Source of the DNA: Candidatus Falkowbacteria bacterium
GTDB taxonomy: Bacteria > Patescibacteriota > Patescibacteriia > UBA11705 > JABHMO01
Direction of reading: 5' to 3'
Length of the DNA stretch: 64,000 nucleotides
Assembly: GCA_018674305.1 (NCBI GenBank)
Contig: JABHAL010000015.1
Coordinates: 30,683 to 94,682 of the forward strand
Numbering within the stretch: position 1 is the stretch's first letter; each line of letters begins with the position of its first letter. This document shows positions 38,398-49,289 of this stretch, piece by piece. The translations under genes and the position numbers were made by a program. The notes under the pieces are model-generated. The model did not search any database and had not been told where the DNA came from. It saw only the letters and a list, made by a program, of their open reading frames with translations.

Positions 38398-38419
38398 AAT
38401 TTTTCTTTTCCGTCTATAG

Positions 38420-38546
38420 AGCCACCCTGGGGGTTTTGGGGTGAAATTGAGCCCATGAAAGAACCCCAAAGCATACTATTTGTTACGGCGAATTTGAAAC
38501 CCCAACACTTTTTGTTACTTTTTGGTGTCAAAAAGTAACAAAGTTT
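38420..38546. repeat. GC-richer structured intergenic element (REP/MITE-like or RNA motif)
   Basis: ttggggt...accccaa long stem and a perfect hairpin tttgttactttttg-gtgt-caaaaagtaacaaa. Confidence 0.55.
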
Positions 38547-38548
38547 TA

Positions 38549-39667
38549 TTAAAACTTAAACTTACACATAGCACAACATCTAAAACATGCCGGGGTGATG
38601 TGCTTGTTTTTAATTAACTCTCTAAATCGCTTGGCTTTCTTAGACTCCCAAGCTTGTTTAATAGTGCCCTCTTTCACATTACCAATAATTATCCCCTGAC
38701 AAAGTTCAATATCTCCATTCTGTCGGATAAATATTTGCCAAAATGGTGAATCGCAATATGATTTATCAGATAAGGGTACACCTTCATAATATTTTTGCAA
38801 ATCACCAGGATCTTGTACATTAACTTGGAACTTGGCCTTCTTCTGCATCTTTTCCAAACCAATAGTTTTGCTTTTTAACTTTTCTATCTGCTCTTTTTCA
38901 AAATAATTTTGTTGTTCAATTGGCATGCCCCAAATATCCTTGCCAGATTTGAACTTATCAGCAAAAATATCATTTTTTCTTTTTAATCCTTCTGGATAAT
39001 AGAAAAATTGACTAACTGACCACTCATCAATCCCCTGCGCTGCTCCAATATTATAAACAGTATCAAAATCATCCAAAGATTCTCGAGAAATTACAGTTCT
39101 GAGATGAATATTAGGAAAATTTTTCCAACCTCTTTGCTTTTTGATTTCTTTAATCCCTGAAAGAGCTTGATCAAACACATTATCAGCTCCACGCACTTTA
39201 TTATGCGTCTTTGGTAGTCCACTATCTAAAGAGACGGCTAAAAACTTAAGCTTTGAATCAATAATCTCCTTAGCTTTAGCTTTTAAAATCGTTCCATTGG
39301 TTGTAATTGAAGTTACCAGTCGATTTTTATTAGCATGTTTAATTACTTCAAAAATATTTGGATAAAGTAGTGGTTCGCCACCAACTAATTGAATAGTTGA
39401 GCCAAAATCCTTGGCTTCATCCAAAGCTTTCTTCACTAATTCAACATCTAAGTCAATTTGATTGCTTTTTTCCAAAAATTTACGCCGTGATTCACTAACA
39501 TGACACATTGGACAGTTCAAATTGCATCTTTCAGTGATAAAAAAAGTTATCTGCACCGGAAATTCAAATTTATAGTACTTTTCTTTTTTAAAATAGTCCT
39601 TTTTTAAATAATTAAAAAAAGTTTTTGGGTTAAATAGTGATATTAATATCTTTTTCCTTATATTCAT
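38549..39667 (-). CDS. Radical SAM/SPASM domain protein
   Basis: ITERCNLNCPMC, GGEPLL, TTNG; C.SPF....I..NGD...C...CFRCC. Confidence 0.9.
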   Translation of the reverse strand: MNIRKKILISLFNPKTFFNYLKKDYFKKEKYYKFEFPVQITFFITERCNLNCPMCHVSESRRKFLEKSNQIDLDVELVKKALDEAKDFGSTIQLVGGEPLLYPNIFEVIKHANKNRLVTSITTNGTILKAKAKEIIDSKLKFLAVSLDSGLPKTHNKVRGADNVFDQALSGIKEIKKQRGWKNFPNIHLRTVISRESLDDFDTVYNIGAAQGIDEWSVSQFFYYPEGLKRKNDIFADKFKSGKDIWGMPIEQQNYFEKEQIEKLKSKTIGLEKMQKKAKFQVNVQDPGDLQKYYEGVPLSDKSYCDSPFWQIFIRQNGDIELCQGIIIGNVKEGTIKQAWESKKAKRFRELIKNKHITPACFRCCAMCKFKF

Positions 39668-39669
39668 AA

Positions 39670-40560
39670 TTATTTTCTTCCAAAAATTAAATTCAACTGC
39701 GCTGCAATCTTAGACTTATTAACAAAGTCTTTCTCTTCCATCTTCCACCATTTTTCATTACTTAAATATTTATTTAACAGAATTTGAGAAATTTTTACTA
39801 AATGTCCATTATAAATAACCTGTTTCTTATCAAAGTCATGACTTTTAAACTTTTTTTCTAAATCTTCTTCAGCATAATGCCTTAAATGACCAACCTTTTT
39901 GTCATTATAATAGTACATTGGCCAAAGAAATAGCCAAACTCTTTTGTATGTATTTGGTACAACAATATAAATAACATCATTACTAACTCGACACAGTTCT
40001 GAGATTGCCTTCTGATCATCAAACAGATGTTCCAGAACTGAAATTGAAGCTGTAAAATCAATTGCTTTACTTTTCAAAGGTAACTTCTCTACTGTAGCCA
40101 CAAAAAAGAAACATTTATCACCAACACCTTGCTGCTCAGCATATTTACTGGCCTTGATCATTCCTTGCAACGAAATATCAGTTCCAAGACAGTGTCCATA
40201 TTTCTTGGCTTGCTCAATTACTGTATAAGCAGTACCACCAACACCAAAATCACAAAAAACTTTATTCTCTTTTTCAATTTGATTTTCAGAAGCCAAATCC
40301 AATCGCTTGATCATGCTTTTGCGCCAATTTTCTAATTTATATTCAGGCAATTCTGTATACTCTTTATCAAAATATTTACTTTGTGCATCTAATTGTGATT
40401 TTTGATCATCTTTTACATCTGAAGGCAAAAAAACTGGTACTCCCTCAACTACTTCATATTCCCGCTGACAACTTTTACAAATTAATTTGCTATCAAAAGA
40501 TAACTGACCACCACAGTCAACGCACTGAAAATAATGAATAAATTTTTCTATATTCTGCAT
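39670..40560 (-). CDS. Trm112-like Zn ribbon plus class I SAM-dependent methyltransferase
   Basis: CVDC...CKSC..Y.V.EGVP; DFGVG, DIS, SVLEHL, GHLRHY. Confidence 0.85.
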   Translation of the reverse strand: MQNIEKFIHYFQCVDCGGQLSFDSKLICKSCQREYEVVEGVPVFLPSDVKDDQKSQLDAQSKYFDKEYTELPEYKLENWRKSMIKRLDLASENQIEKENKVFCDFGVGGTAYTVIEQAKKYGHCLGTDISLQGMIKASKYAEQQGVGDKCFFFVATVEKLPLKSKAIDFTASISVLEHLFDDQKAISELCRVSNDVIYIVVPNTYKRVWLFLWPMYYYNDKKVGHLRHYAEEDLEKKFKSHDFDKKQVIYNGHLVKISQILLNKYLSNEKWWKMEEKDFVNKSKIAAQLNLIFGRK

Positions 40561-40649
40561 ATTTGTTTTTGTATTTTCTAACTAACCTTTATCAACTTTC
40601 CTTCTTTTTCATTAGTTTTAATCAACTTTATTAACTTCCCTGCCCTTCT

Positions 40650-41669
40650 CTACTTACTAACCCACCACGGTGATTTGTAATGAAAATTATACTGACAATT
40701 AACACATATTGGAATATGTCCAAACTCTTTTTTAAGATGATTTTGTCTAATCAATTCTAATCTTTGTCCTCCCCAAACTTCCATGATCGTTTGACTGTTA
40801 ATATCACCTAACTCAACTTTAGCTTCATAATCATTACAACAAAGTGGTACTTTGCCATCCCAATTAATAACCATATCCATCCAAAGCAACCGACAAGGAT
40901 CTCGTAGCAAACTTTTTTTGTAAATAAATTCTTTACTCTCAATATCACCAGTCCAATTGTGAATCAATGAAACTGAAACACCATCAACCAAACCTTTCCA
41001 TTCCTGAATATACCTTTTCACTTCATGTTTATTATCATCACTTTCCACAAAACTTAAATATATTTTTGTTGTAGAGTTTTTATCATTACGAAGCCGCACA
41101 AAATTCAAAATATTTTTCTTTGTGCTATTAAAATCCAGATTGCATCTTATCTTTTTGTAAGTTTCTTCACTAGCAGCATCAAAGGAGATATAAACTTCAT
41201 CAATGCCAGATTCAAGCAACTCTCTAGCTTTATCAGAGTTTAATAATGAAGCATTAGTATTGGTTGTTACTCTTTTCAAACCTGCTTGTTTGGCATATTG
41301 AATTCTTTCAATAAAATCCTTATCCATTAATGGTTCGCCAAAACCATACACAGTTACATAATCAATACTGTTCCTTGCACATTGATCAATAATCTTTTTA
41401 TACAAATCCAGAGACATAAAGCCAACCTTTCTTTGCATTTTTCCGTGTGGGCAAAACGAACAGTTAGCATTGCAAGCATTAGTATTTTCAATCATCACTC
41501 GATGAGGTTTCTTTGCAAACTTTTCTATTTTCTTTTTTATTTCCTTTTGATACTTAGCCTGATAGATTTTACTATTTACAATAAATTCACGAGACAAAAT
41601 AAAAGATATAAACCTTTTCAAGGCTCTATTATATATTATTAAATCAAACATTAAATCACGTTTACGCAT
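40650..41669 (-). CDS. Radical SAM/SPASM(twitch) domain protein
   Basis: IENTNACNANCSFCP, GFGEPL; C.LLW...INWDG.V.LCC.D...C.NC. Confidence 0.9.
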   Translation of the reverse strand: MRKRDLMFDLIIYNRALKRFISFILSREFIVNSKIYQAKYQKEIKKKIEKFAKKPHRVMIENTNACNANCSFCPHGKMQRKVGFMSLDLYKKIIDQCARNSIDYVTVYGFGEPLMDKDFIERIQYAKQAGLKRVTTNTNASLLNSDKARELLESGIDEVYISFDAASEETYKKIRCNLDFNSTKKNILNFVRLRNDKNSTTKIYLSFVESDDNKHEVKRYIQEWKGLVDGVSVSLIHNWTGDIESKEFIYKKSLLRDPCRLLWMDMVINWDGKVPLCCNDYEAKVELGDINSQTIMEVWGGQRLELIRQNHLKKEFGHIPICVNCQYNFHYKSPWWVSK

Positions 41670-41671
41670 AT

Positions 41672-43645
41672 TTATTCGTAGTAAGCTTTTTCAATATGAG
41701 CGCCATTCTGTTCACTAAACCTTTCTTCAGCATATGGCCTACAATTTGCAGTCAACCGGTCTAATTCTTCTTTATTATTTTTTAAATATAATATTTTTTC
41801 TTTAACATTTTCTAATGATGGATCAATCAAAAACCCAACTTCAGGTGTTATCATAAATGGCAAACAACCTCTATTCGATGAAATTAACGGACGACCAGAT
41901 GAAAATGTTTCTAATACAACTCTTGCAAAACCTTCTTCATACTGTGATGGCAAAGCTACAGCATCGGCAGAGCCATAATATGGTGGTACTTCTTCTGGCG
42001 ACTTTCTACCAACAGCAAAAATATTTGACTGCTTCTTACCTAATTCTTTGATCTCTTCTTCCATTGGCCCATCACCAACAAATACAAAATTAATATCTAT
42101 TTCTTCTTTGGCGATATCAAGCAAAACCTTTGCACCTTTCTTTTCAATCAAACGACCAACAAAGGTTATTGTAAATCGATCAGGAATACCAATCTGTTTT
42201 CTAGCTTCTTGTTTATTGTAAGGTTTGAAATTATCCTGATCACACCATTGAATATATATATCCAAAATTTCAGCCGGTAATTTGGCTTTTAGTAAATCCT
42301 GACGAGATGGTTCTTCCAAACAGAAAACCATAGTAAATCTTTTCAAAATCCAATGACAAACCTTTGTTAACCATCCTTTTCCAAAACCATAAATCGCATG
42401 CATACTACCAATCAAGCGAACTTTGAAAAGTCGAGATAATAAATTGGCACAAAACGCTGCTGCAAAACCATGAGCATGGATCACTTGCCATTTGGCTTTT
42501 TTACCTGCAAACAATCGATAGAAAAAAGTAAACACAAGCAGTCCTGGTACTAAATAAGCAAATTGTAGCGGGGCAAACTTTTCAAATCGATGAAAAAGAG
42601 TTTTGCCAAACCATGGGATACGATAAATCGTTAAATTTTCAGCAGTTTCTTTGAATTTTGCTTTGACTCTGGTTGTCAGAGGTTTATAAGTAATAATTGT
42701 CACTTGCCAATTCTGTTTAAGAAGATAACTTTGCAAATCTGCAATATGAGTTTCCACACCACCAGTATTTGGCAATAAAAATGGTGATAAAATTAATACT
42801 TTTTTTGGCTCTTTTGATTCCATATTATTTGTTTTTTTATGTCTGAAAATAAATTTAAGTCCAACTAAAAAGCGCAATCCATACATTCCCAAAGTTGAAA
42901 TCGGCTTAATCAATAACTTTTTCCATTTCCCTTTTTCAATAAAAATCCCCAAGAACCGATAGTACAAACCGAGCTGTTTTTGCAAATCAGGATCAGTCAT
43001 CCCCCACTTGGCAATATATTTATCAAAACTTTTTGCATAATACCCCTTTTTCTGTAAATAACTTTTTAATTCTATTTCTGACTCATTATGATCAAGTGCT
43101 GTTTTAATCAGAGCTGTTTTTCCTTTTTGTCGAAGTTTTTTATCCAAATCCCAATCTTCTGGTCCTGTGAAGTTCAGATCAAAACCACCAACTTCTTGAA
43201 AAGTTTGTTTTTTTATAAATCTTGCACAGTCAACAACTGTACCATCATAAAAACTTCTTTCAAATCGCCTGATTTGACTTAGGAACTTATCACCCATAAC
43301 AACCTCAGGCACATACAAACCAACAATTGCCGTATCTTTTTTTATTAACTCGACACATTCTGTAATTACTTCTGGTCGAAGGATCATATCAGCATCCAAA
43401 TACATAAAATACTCACCTCTGGACTGATCAACACCAAAATTTCGCTGCGCTGATCGTTCTGGACCTTGATTAAAAACTTTTTCAGTGTACTGTTTCGCAA
43501 TTGCAGCGGTTTTATCATCAGAATTATTATCAACCACAATAATTTCAATTAAATGCTTGGGATAAGTTTGATCTCTTATTGAACGAAGACAGTTCTCAAT
43601 ATGTTTTTCTTCATTCTTGGTTGTGATTATAGCTGAGACAAACAT
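41672..43645 (-). CDS. Bifunctional GT2-GT4 glycosyltransferase fusion
   Basis: N-terminal VVDNNSDD/YLDAD/EDWD; C-terminal GGVETH, FVGRL..KKG, EGFARVVLE. Confidence 0.88.
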   Translation of the reverse strand: MFVSAIITTKNEEKHIENCLRSIRDQTYPKHLIEIIVVDNNSDDKTAAIAKQYTEKVFNQGPERSAQRNFGVDQSRGEYFMYLDADMILRPEVITECVELIKKDTAIVGLYVPEVVMGDKFLSQIRRFERSFYDGTVVDCARFIKKQTFQEVGGFDLNFTGPEDWDLDKKLRQKGKTALIKTALDHNESEIELKSYLQKKGYYAKSFDKYIAKWGMTDPDLQKQLGLYYRFLGIFIEKGKWKKLLIKPISTLGMYGLRFLVGLKFIFRHKKTNNMESKEPKKVLILSPFLLPNTGGVETHIADLQSYLLKQNWQVTIITYKPLTTRVKAKFKETAENLTIYRIPWFGKTLFHRFEKFAPLQFAYLVPGLLVFTFFYRLFAGKKAKWQVIHAHGFAAAFCANLLSRLFKVRLIGSMHAIYGFGKGWLTKVCHWILKRFTMVFCLEEPSRQDLLKAKLPAEILDIYIQWCDQDNFKPYNKQEARKQIGIPDRFTITFVGRLIEKKGAKVLLDIAKEEIDINFVFVGDGPMEEEIKELGKKQSNIFAVGRKSPEEVPPYYGSADAVALPSQYEEGFARVVLETFSSGRPLISSNRGCLPFMITPEVGFLIDPSLENVKEKILYLKNNKEELDRLTANCRPYAEERFSEQNGAHIEKAYYE

Positions 43646-43652
43646 ATATCGT

Positions 43653-45113
43653 TTATTTGCGATTTTTAAAATCAGCCAAATGACTAAACACCTTTTTTGC
43701 TGAAGTTAATAAATATTTAATATCATCCATACTTCTTATTGAAAATAACTTTCGAACAATAAATTGAGGGCTCATCCAAGCTTTATATAGTTGCTGTGTG
43801 AAGTTTTTCACATCCTCTGTTGTTAATTCGCTTTTCATGACCTGTTCACGCTGATCAAACCGATCGTAATCTTTGAATCTAAGTAGATCGTTTTCCTTAC
43901 AGTATTTATAAAGTGGTGTGCCGGGATATGGAATTACAACTGTGGCCTGAAGAGTGTCAACAAGACCGCCCTGAAATAGTTTTTTGGCCAAATCGATAGT
44001 ACGCTGAGCATCGACCTTGGTTTCCCATGGATATCCAATCATGGCCGTAATATGAGGTTCAAGTCCGGCCTCTTTACAAATTTTTAGGCCGGGTTCAATT
44101 TCCTCTATTTTTAAATTTTTATCAATTTTATCTAAAGTTACTTGATTCGCAGATTCTAATCCGAATAAAACAAATCTAAAACCAGCTTTTTTCATTAAGT
44201 GCCATATTTTTATATCATCAATTCCATTAATCCGCATATTGCAACTCATGACCACCTTTTTATTTAAGCCACTCTCTATCATACCATTGCAAAAATCAAT
44301 TAGCCAATCGCCAATTGGTAAACTGCCAGAATCCTCCATGATTTCTTTAACACCCAGAGAAACTAAATGTTCAACTTCATCCAAAGCTTGCTCAGCGGTT
44401 CTGGTTCTAAAAGATTTACCAGGGAAAAAAGTAGTCCAAGAACAAAATGTGCATCTTCCCCACCAACAATCTCGACCACTCATCATATAGGAACCTGGTG
44501 TATGTTTGAAATTACCATTCTTTTCTGAATAAAGTTTCCATTTGGTTAATTCTCGATCAATCATTGGTAAATTAGTCAATTTATTCTCATGTAAATTGTA
44601 TTCTCCACTATTTGTGACTTTCCTTTCTTCTTTGAAATAAATACCAGGCGTTAGTGAAGCACCTTTACTTAAATGATTAGCAATGCCAAGAAGCATAAAA
44701 TCAAAATCACCACCAACGATAACATAATCAACTAAGCATTTTTCAAAAGATTCCAAAGGTCGAGCTGTTGCATGGTCTCCCATTAAAACAATTTTTGAAT
44801 CTGGTAAGCTTTTTTTTATTTCATCAATTATTTGCCAATGTTTTTTCACAACTGGTGTTTTGGTTTCAATAGCAATCACATCCGGCTTTTCAGCAATCAA
44901 TCTCATTAGCCAGTCATTATAACTTAACTCTTCAGCAATTCCATCATCCCAAAAAACCTCAAACCCCTTTGACTGTAACAAAGTTCCTGCATACGCAGGA
45001 ATCATTGGGTAAATATAGGTTGGACTATTGAACCATTGAAATTGCCGATTCTGAGTCAGTAAGGGTACGCCCTTGGGCGATTCTAATGGAGGAAAGGATA
45101 TTGAAATTTTCAT
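43653..45113 (-). CDS. B12-binding radical SAM protein (HpnJ-like)
   Basis: NRQFQW..YP..PA, ET.TP, GRDCWWGRCTFCSW (CxxxxCxxC), GLESA, PYPGTPLY. Confidence 0.88.
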   Translation of the reverse strand: MKISISFPPLESPKGVPLLTQNRQFQWFNSPTYIYPMIPAYAGTLLQSKGFEVFWDDGIAEELSYNDWLMRLIAEKPDVIAIETKTPVVKKHWQIIDEIKKSLPDSKIVLMGDHATARPLESFEKCLVDYVIVGGDFDFMLLGIANHLSKGASLTPGIYFKEERKVTNSGEYNLHENKLTNLPMIDRELTKWKLYSEKNGNFKHTPGSYMMSGRDCWWGRCTFCSWTTFFPGKSFRTRTAEQALDEVEHLVSLGVKEIMEDSGSLPIGDWLIDFCNGMIESGLNKKVVMSCNMRINGIDDIKIWHLMKKAGFRFVLFGLESANQVTLDKIDKNLKIEEIEPGLKICKEAGLEPHITAMIGYPWETKVDAQRTIDLAKKLFQGGLVDTLQATVVIPYPGTPLYKYCKENDLLRFKDYDRFDQREQVMKSELTTEDVKNFTQQLYKAWMSPQFIVRKLFSIRSMDDIKYLLTSAKKVFSHLADFKNRK

Positions 45114-45124
45114 ACTTTTTAAAA

Positions 45125-46096
45125 TTATCGTAAACTGATTTTTATTTGTTTTTTAAATAAACCTTTTATAAAATTACTTCCGTAAGCAATATGGGTTCCG
45201 AAAATATATGGCAAAGCCACAAATGCTACTGATCTTTTTTCATGCTTTCTAATATCAAAAAAAGCTTTAATTAACGCTAGTACATAAATAAATAAACCTG
45301 CAATATATGGCCATAGTAGCCATTCAATTTGCAAACTGACTATCAAACCAACTACAATATAAACTAGAAATAAACTTGGTAAGAAATACTTAAACCTCCT
45401 TGAAGTTTTAGGGAATTTTCGAGCAAAATGACCTCTATGCAAACCATAAGCGCCAACCTGTTTCATATGTCGCCAAAAACCTTCGCGACGATGATGATAA
45501 ACTAAAGCTTCTGGTAAATACAGTATTTTTTTACCAGTTTTTTTGATCAGCTCCAAACAGAACAGAGTATCCTCTCCTGGCCAATAATTACTATCAAAAC
45601 CACCAACCATTTCAAAGACATTTTTTCTGACTGACAAATTAACACTTGGCCAATCGTCAACAAATCTTTTTTCACCAATTGGCACATATCTTTCCGGACA
45701 CCCGCCAGACAAAGGACTTAAAAAAACTGCGCCAGAAACTTTTTGTTGAAAACTATTGTGCTTAGGTGTAATCGCTGGACCACCTACGGCAACAATTTCC
45801 TGATCAGCAAACTCAGCATCTAACTTTTTAAGGAAATCAATGTTTGGATAAGCATCATCATCAATAAAAATTAAAACTTCTCCCTGAGCTTCTTTAATTG
45901 CCAAACTTCGTTTCATTGCTGGACCTCCAGGGCCTGTTGCTACTTGCTTTGTTTTTGTCCAGGTTTCTGAACTGGATTCGTCAGGGAAAATTATAATTTC
46001 ATAATCATCGCGGTTAATTTTAAGGATCTTTGGAATTGATTCCCTAATATACTCATTGATTTTCTTAACCGGAACTATGAAGCTATATTTTATCAT
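45125..46096 (-). CDS. Glycosyltransferase family 2
   Basis: FIDDDA, GGFD...PGED, VYHHRR. Confidence 0.88.
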   Translation of the reverse strand: MIKYSFIVPVKKINEYIRESIPKILKINRDDYEIIIFPDESSSETWTKTKQVATGPGGPAMKRSLAIKEAQGEVLIFIDDDAYPNIDFLKKLDAEFADQEIVAVGGPAITPKHNSFQQKVSGAVFLSPLSGGCPERYVPIGEKRFVDDWPSVNLSVRKNVFEMVGGFDSNYWPGEDTLFCLELIKKTGKKILYLPEALVYHHRREGFWRHMKQVGAYGLHRGHFARKFPKTSRRFKYFLPSLFLVYIVVGLIVSLQIEWLLWPYIAGLFIYVLALIKAFFDIRKHEKRSVAFVALPYIFGTHIAYGSNFIKGLFKKQIKISLR

Positions 46097-46099
46097 ATA

Positions 46100-47389
46100 T
46101 TATCTACCTATACCGAAATAATTAAATCCAAGATCTTTCATTTCTTCAGGCTCAAAAATATTTCGACCATCAATTATTACATCGCCCTTCATAATTGAAC
46201 GCAAAGCTCGAATATCAAGTTGTTTGAATTCATTCCAATCAGTAATAATCAAAAGTGCATCACATTCTTTAGCTGTATCATACGGACAGCTCGAATAATA
46301 AATATTAGGAAATATTTTTTTAGCATTAGTTACAGCTACTGGATCATAAGCTCTGATATTAACATTGTGTTCAATTAATTTTTTGATAATACTCACAGCT
46401 GGGGCAGATCTAATGTCATCAGTGTTCGGTTTGAAGGCCAATCCCCAAAGTCCAATGGTTTTTTGTGATAAATCGGATATTTGATTTTTTAACTTTCCGT
46501 ATAAAATTAATTTCATTTCTTCATTTACTTCTTCGACTTGATTTAGAATTGTAAAGTTGTGATTGTTTACTTGCCCTATTTTAATCAAAGCTTGTACATC
46601 TTTTGGAAAACAAGATCCACCATAACCACAACCAGCATGCAGAAATGATTGTTTACCAATTCTCTTGTCAAATCGAACACCTTCTGAAACTTTTTTTACA
46701 TCAGCACCTACTTTTTCACAGATTAACGCAATACTATTTATAAACGAAATACTCGTAGCCAAAAAAGCGTTTGATGCATACTTGATCATTTCTGCACTTT
46801 TTAAATCTGTGATAACAATTGGACAATTTAATGGCTCATATATTTTTTTCATTTTTTCAATTGCTTGCTTACCATTATCACTACCCAAAACAATTCTGTC
46901 AGGTTGTATGAAGTCTTGAATAGCTGAACCTTCACGCAGAAATTCTGGATTAGAAATTACATCAAATTCTCCAGCATAGTATTTTTTTATAATTTGTGAA
47001 ATTAGGTTACCTGTTCCTATTGGTACTGTACTTTTATTGATAATGATTTTATAACCATTTATACTTTTACCTATCTCATGAGCAACTGCTTCTACATATT
47101 GTAAATCAGCTTCACCATTTTCCTTTGATGGAGTCCCAACAGCAATATATATTATTTCTGTTTGTTCAATGTTTTCCTTTAAATTTGTATGAAACTTTAA
47201 CCTACCAGACTCAAAATTTCTTTTTACTAAATCTTCTAATCCTGGTTCGTAGATTGGAATAATTCCATTTTTCAAATCTTGAATTTTATTTTCATCAATA
47301 TCAATACAAGTGACAATATTTCCTAGATCTGCCAAGCATGTACCTGTCACTAAACCAACATAACCTGTCCCTATTACAATAATTTTCAT
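46100..47389 (-). CDS. ugd: UDP-glucose 6-dehydrogenase
   Basis: [41 protein letters not shown]. Confidence 0.95.
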   Translation of the reverse strand: MKIIVIGTGYVGLVTGTCLADLGNIVTCIDIDENKIQDLKNGIIPIYEPGLEDLVKRNFESGRLKFHTNLKENIEQTEIIYIAVGTPSKENGEADLQYVEAVAHEIGKSINGYKIIINKSTVPIGTGNLISQIIKKYYAGEFDVISNPEFLREGSAIQDFIQPDRIVLGSDNGKQAIEKMKKIYEPLNCPIVITDLKSAEMIKYASNAFLATSISFINSIALICEKVGADVKKVSEGVRFDKRIGKQSFLHAGCGYGGSCFPKDVQALIKIGQVNNHNFTILNQVEEVNEEMKLILYGKLKNQISDLSQKTIGLWGLAFKPNTDDIRSAPAVSIIKKLIEHNVNIRAYDPVAVTNAKKIFPNIYYSSCPYDTAKECDALLIITDWNEFKQLDIRALRSIMKGDVIIDGRNIFEPEEMKDLGFNYFGIGR

Positions 47390-48333
47390 ATACCTGTAAC
47401 TATATTCTTAAAATACTCAATAGTGTTTATTAAACCTTGTTCAAGCTGAATGTTTGGTTCCCAATTTAATTTATCTTTGGCTAAATTTATGTCGGGCTTT
47501 CGTTGAAGTGGATCATCCATTGGTAATGCTTTGTAAATAATTTGGCTAGTTGAGCCTGGTAGTAATCTTAAAACATTTTCAGCCAACTGTTTTATAGTAA
47601 ATTCAACAGGATTACCTAAATTCACAGGCCCAATAAAATTTTGTTCATTGTTCATCATTAAAATCATACCATTAATTAGATCATCAACGTATTGAAAAGA
47701 TCTTGTTTGAGAACCATCACCGTAAATTGTCATTGGTTGATTTTGTAATGCTTGAACAATAAAATTAGAGACTACTCGCCCATCATTTGGATGCATATTT
47801 GGACCATAGGTGTTAAAAATCCTAATTATTCTAATATCTATCTTGTTTTGCCTATGATAGTCCATAAATAAGCATTCTGAAGCTCTCTTGCCCTCATCAT
47901 AACAAGATCGAATCCCAATTGGATTGACATGTCCCCAATATGACTCTGTTTGAGGATGCACACTTGGATTACCATAAACTTCTGAAGTTGATGCTTGCAA
48001 AATTCGAGCATTTACTCGTTTAGCCAGTCCGAGCATGTTAATCGCCCCTGAAACACAAGTTTTTATAGTTTTGATTGGATTGTATTGATAGTGAACCGGT
48101 GACGCGGGACAAGCCAAATTGTAAATTTGATCGACCTCCAACCAAATCGGATTGGTAATATCATGACGAATAAATTCAAAATTTTCATGACTCATCAACT
48201 TATAAACGTTGTCTTTTCCACCAGTGAATAAATTATCCAAACAAATGACATCATCACCTTGCGATAATAATCTCCTGCAAAGATGTGATCCTACAAAACC
48301 AGCCCCCCCTGTTACCAAAATTCTTTTTCTCAT
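47386..48333 (-). CDS. uxs: UDP-glucuronate decarboxylase (UDP-xylose synthase)
   Basis: [38 protein letters not shown]. Confidence 0.92.
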   Translation of the reverse strand: MRKRILVTGGAGFVGSHLCRRLLSQGDDVICLDNLFTGGKDNVYKLMSHENFEFIRHDITNPIWLEVDQIYNLACPASPVHYQYNPIKTIKTCVSGAINMLGLAKRVNARILQASTSEVYGNPSVHPQTESYWGHVNPIGIRSCYDEGKRASECLFMDYHRQNKIDIRIIRIFNTYGPNMHPNDGRVVSNFIVQALQNQPMTIYGDGSQTRSFQYVDDLINGMILMMNNEQNFIGPVNLGNPVEFTIKQLAENVLRLLPGSTSQIIYKALPMDDPLQRKPDINLAKDKLNWEPNIQLEQGLINTIEYFKNIVTGI

Positions 48334-49289
48334 AAATCTGTATCAAAATTATTTTTTTTCTTAATTATATATAAAGGTCTGTTGTTAACCTCTTGATGAA
48401 TATTGCCAATATACAAAGCAATTAGACCGATACTACACAGAAATACACCCATCAAAAATAAAATCAGAATAGATATTTGAGCCATATTAGAGAAGTGCAT
48501 TTCTAAAGGGTCATGCAAAAAATGCATCTCAACCAACATAAACATTCCAACGAGAGAGGAAAAAATAGTTATAATGACGCCCAAATAACCTGCTAGTTTT
48601 AAGGGAAATAAACTATGAGTGATAAAAGAATTAAAAGCTAACTTCATTAACTTACAAAATCCGTAGTTCGCCTTGCCTGCAAATCTTTTGTTAGCCGTAA
48701 ACTTGACGTACTCTCTCTTGAATCCAAGCCAATCGATCAAAACTCTAGTTATCCTATTTTTTTCATTAAATTTATTAAACTCATCTATTACTTGTCTATC
48801 AATCAAACGAAAATCGGTTTCTCTAGGAAGAATTTTCGTTTCACTTATTAAGTTCATGATTTTGTAAAAGAAAAATGATCCTGATTGTTTAATCCACCCT
48901 TCTCCCTTGTTTTTTTCTCTAATACCAACCACAATATCATTGTTTTGTTGCCATTTATTTATAAATTCAGGGATTAGTGCAGGTGGATGTTGTAAATCAG
49001 CATCGACTATTATAGCGCAATCACCTTTTGACTGTTTTAACCCCGCGGAAGTTGCCAATTCCTTTCCAAAATTTCTAGAAAATTCAATATATTTGATGCG
49101 ATTATCTGACTTTGATAGCTTTTTCACAATATTAAATGATTGATCTGTACTACCATCATTTATAAAAATAAATTCAAAATTGAAGGGCAATGGTTGGATT
49201 ACTTTTGTTAATTCAAAATAAAGCTTTTCCAAATTGGCTTCTTCATTATAAAGGGGAATTATTAAGGAAATTAATTTATTGTCTGACAT
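48330..49289 (-). CDS. Polyprenol-phosphate glycosyltransferase (GtrB/ArnC-like GT2, 2 TM)
   Basis: [33 protein letters not shown]. Confidence 0.9.
   Translation of the reverse strand: MSDNKLISLIIPLYNEEANLEKLYFELTKVIQPLPFNFEFIFINDGSTDQSFNIVKKLSKSDNRIKYIEFSRNFGKELATSAGLKQSKGDCAIIVDADLQHPPALIPEFINKWQQNNDIVVGIREKNKGEGWIKQSGSFFFYKIMNLISETKILPRETDFRLIDRQVIDEFNKFNEKNRITRVLIDWLGFKREYVKFTANKRFAGKANYGFCKLMKLAFNSFITHSLFPLKLAGYLGVIITIFSSLVGMFMLVEMHFLHDPLEMHFSNMAQISILILFLMGVFLCSIGLIALYIGNIHQEVNNRPLYIIKKKNNFDTDL

Noticed and set aside
38400-38548. Cobalamin or SAM riboswitch ahead of the B12-radical SAM gene
   Set aside because: No B12-box or SAM-I core consensus is recognisable; kept only as an unexplained structured element
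24837-45113. RiPP (ranthipeptide/sactipeptide) cluster suggested by the SPASM enzymes
   Set aside because: No precursor peptide, RRE domain or peptidase-transporter within the operon; the context is glycosyltransferases
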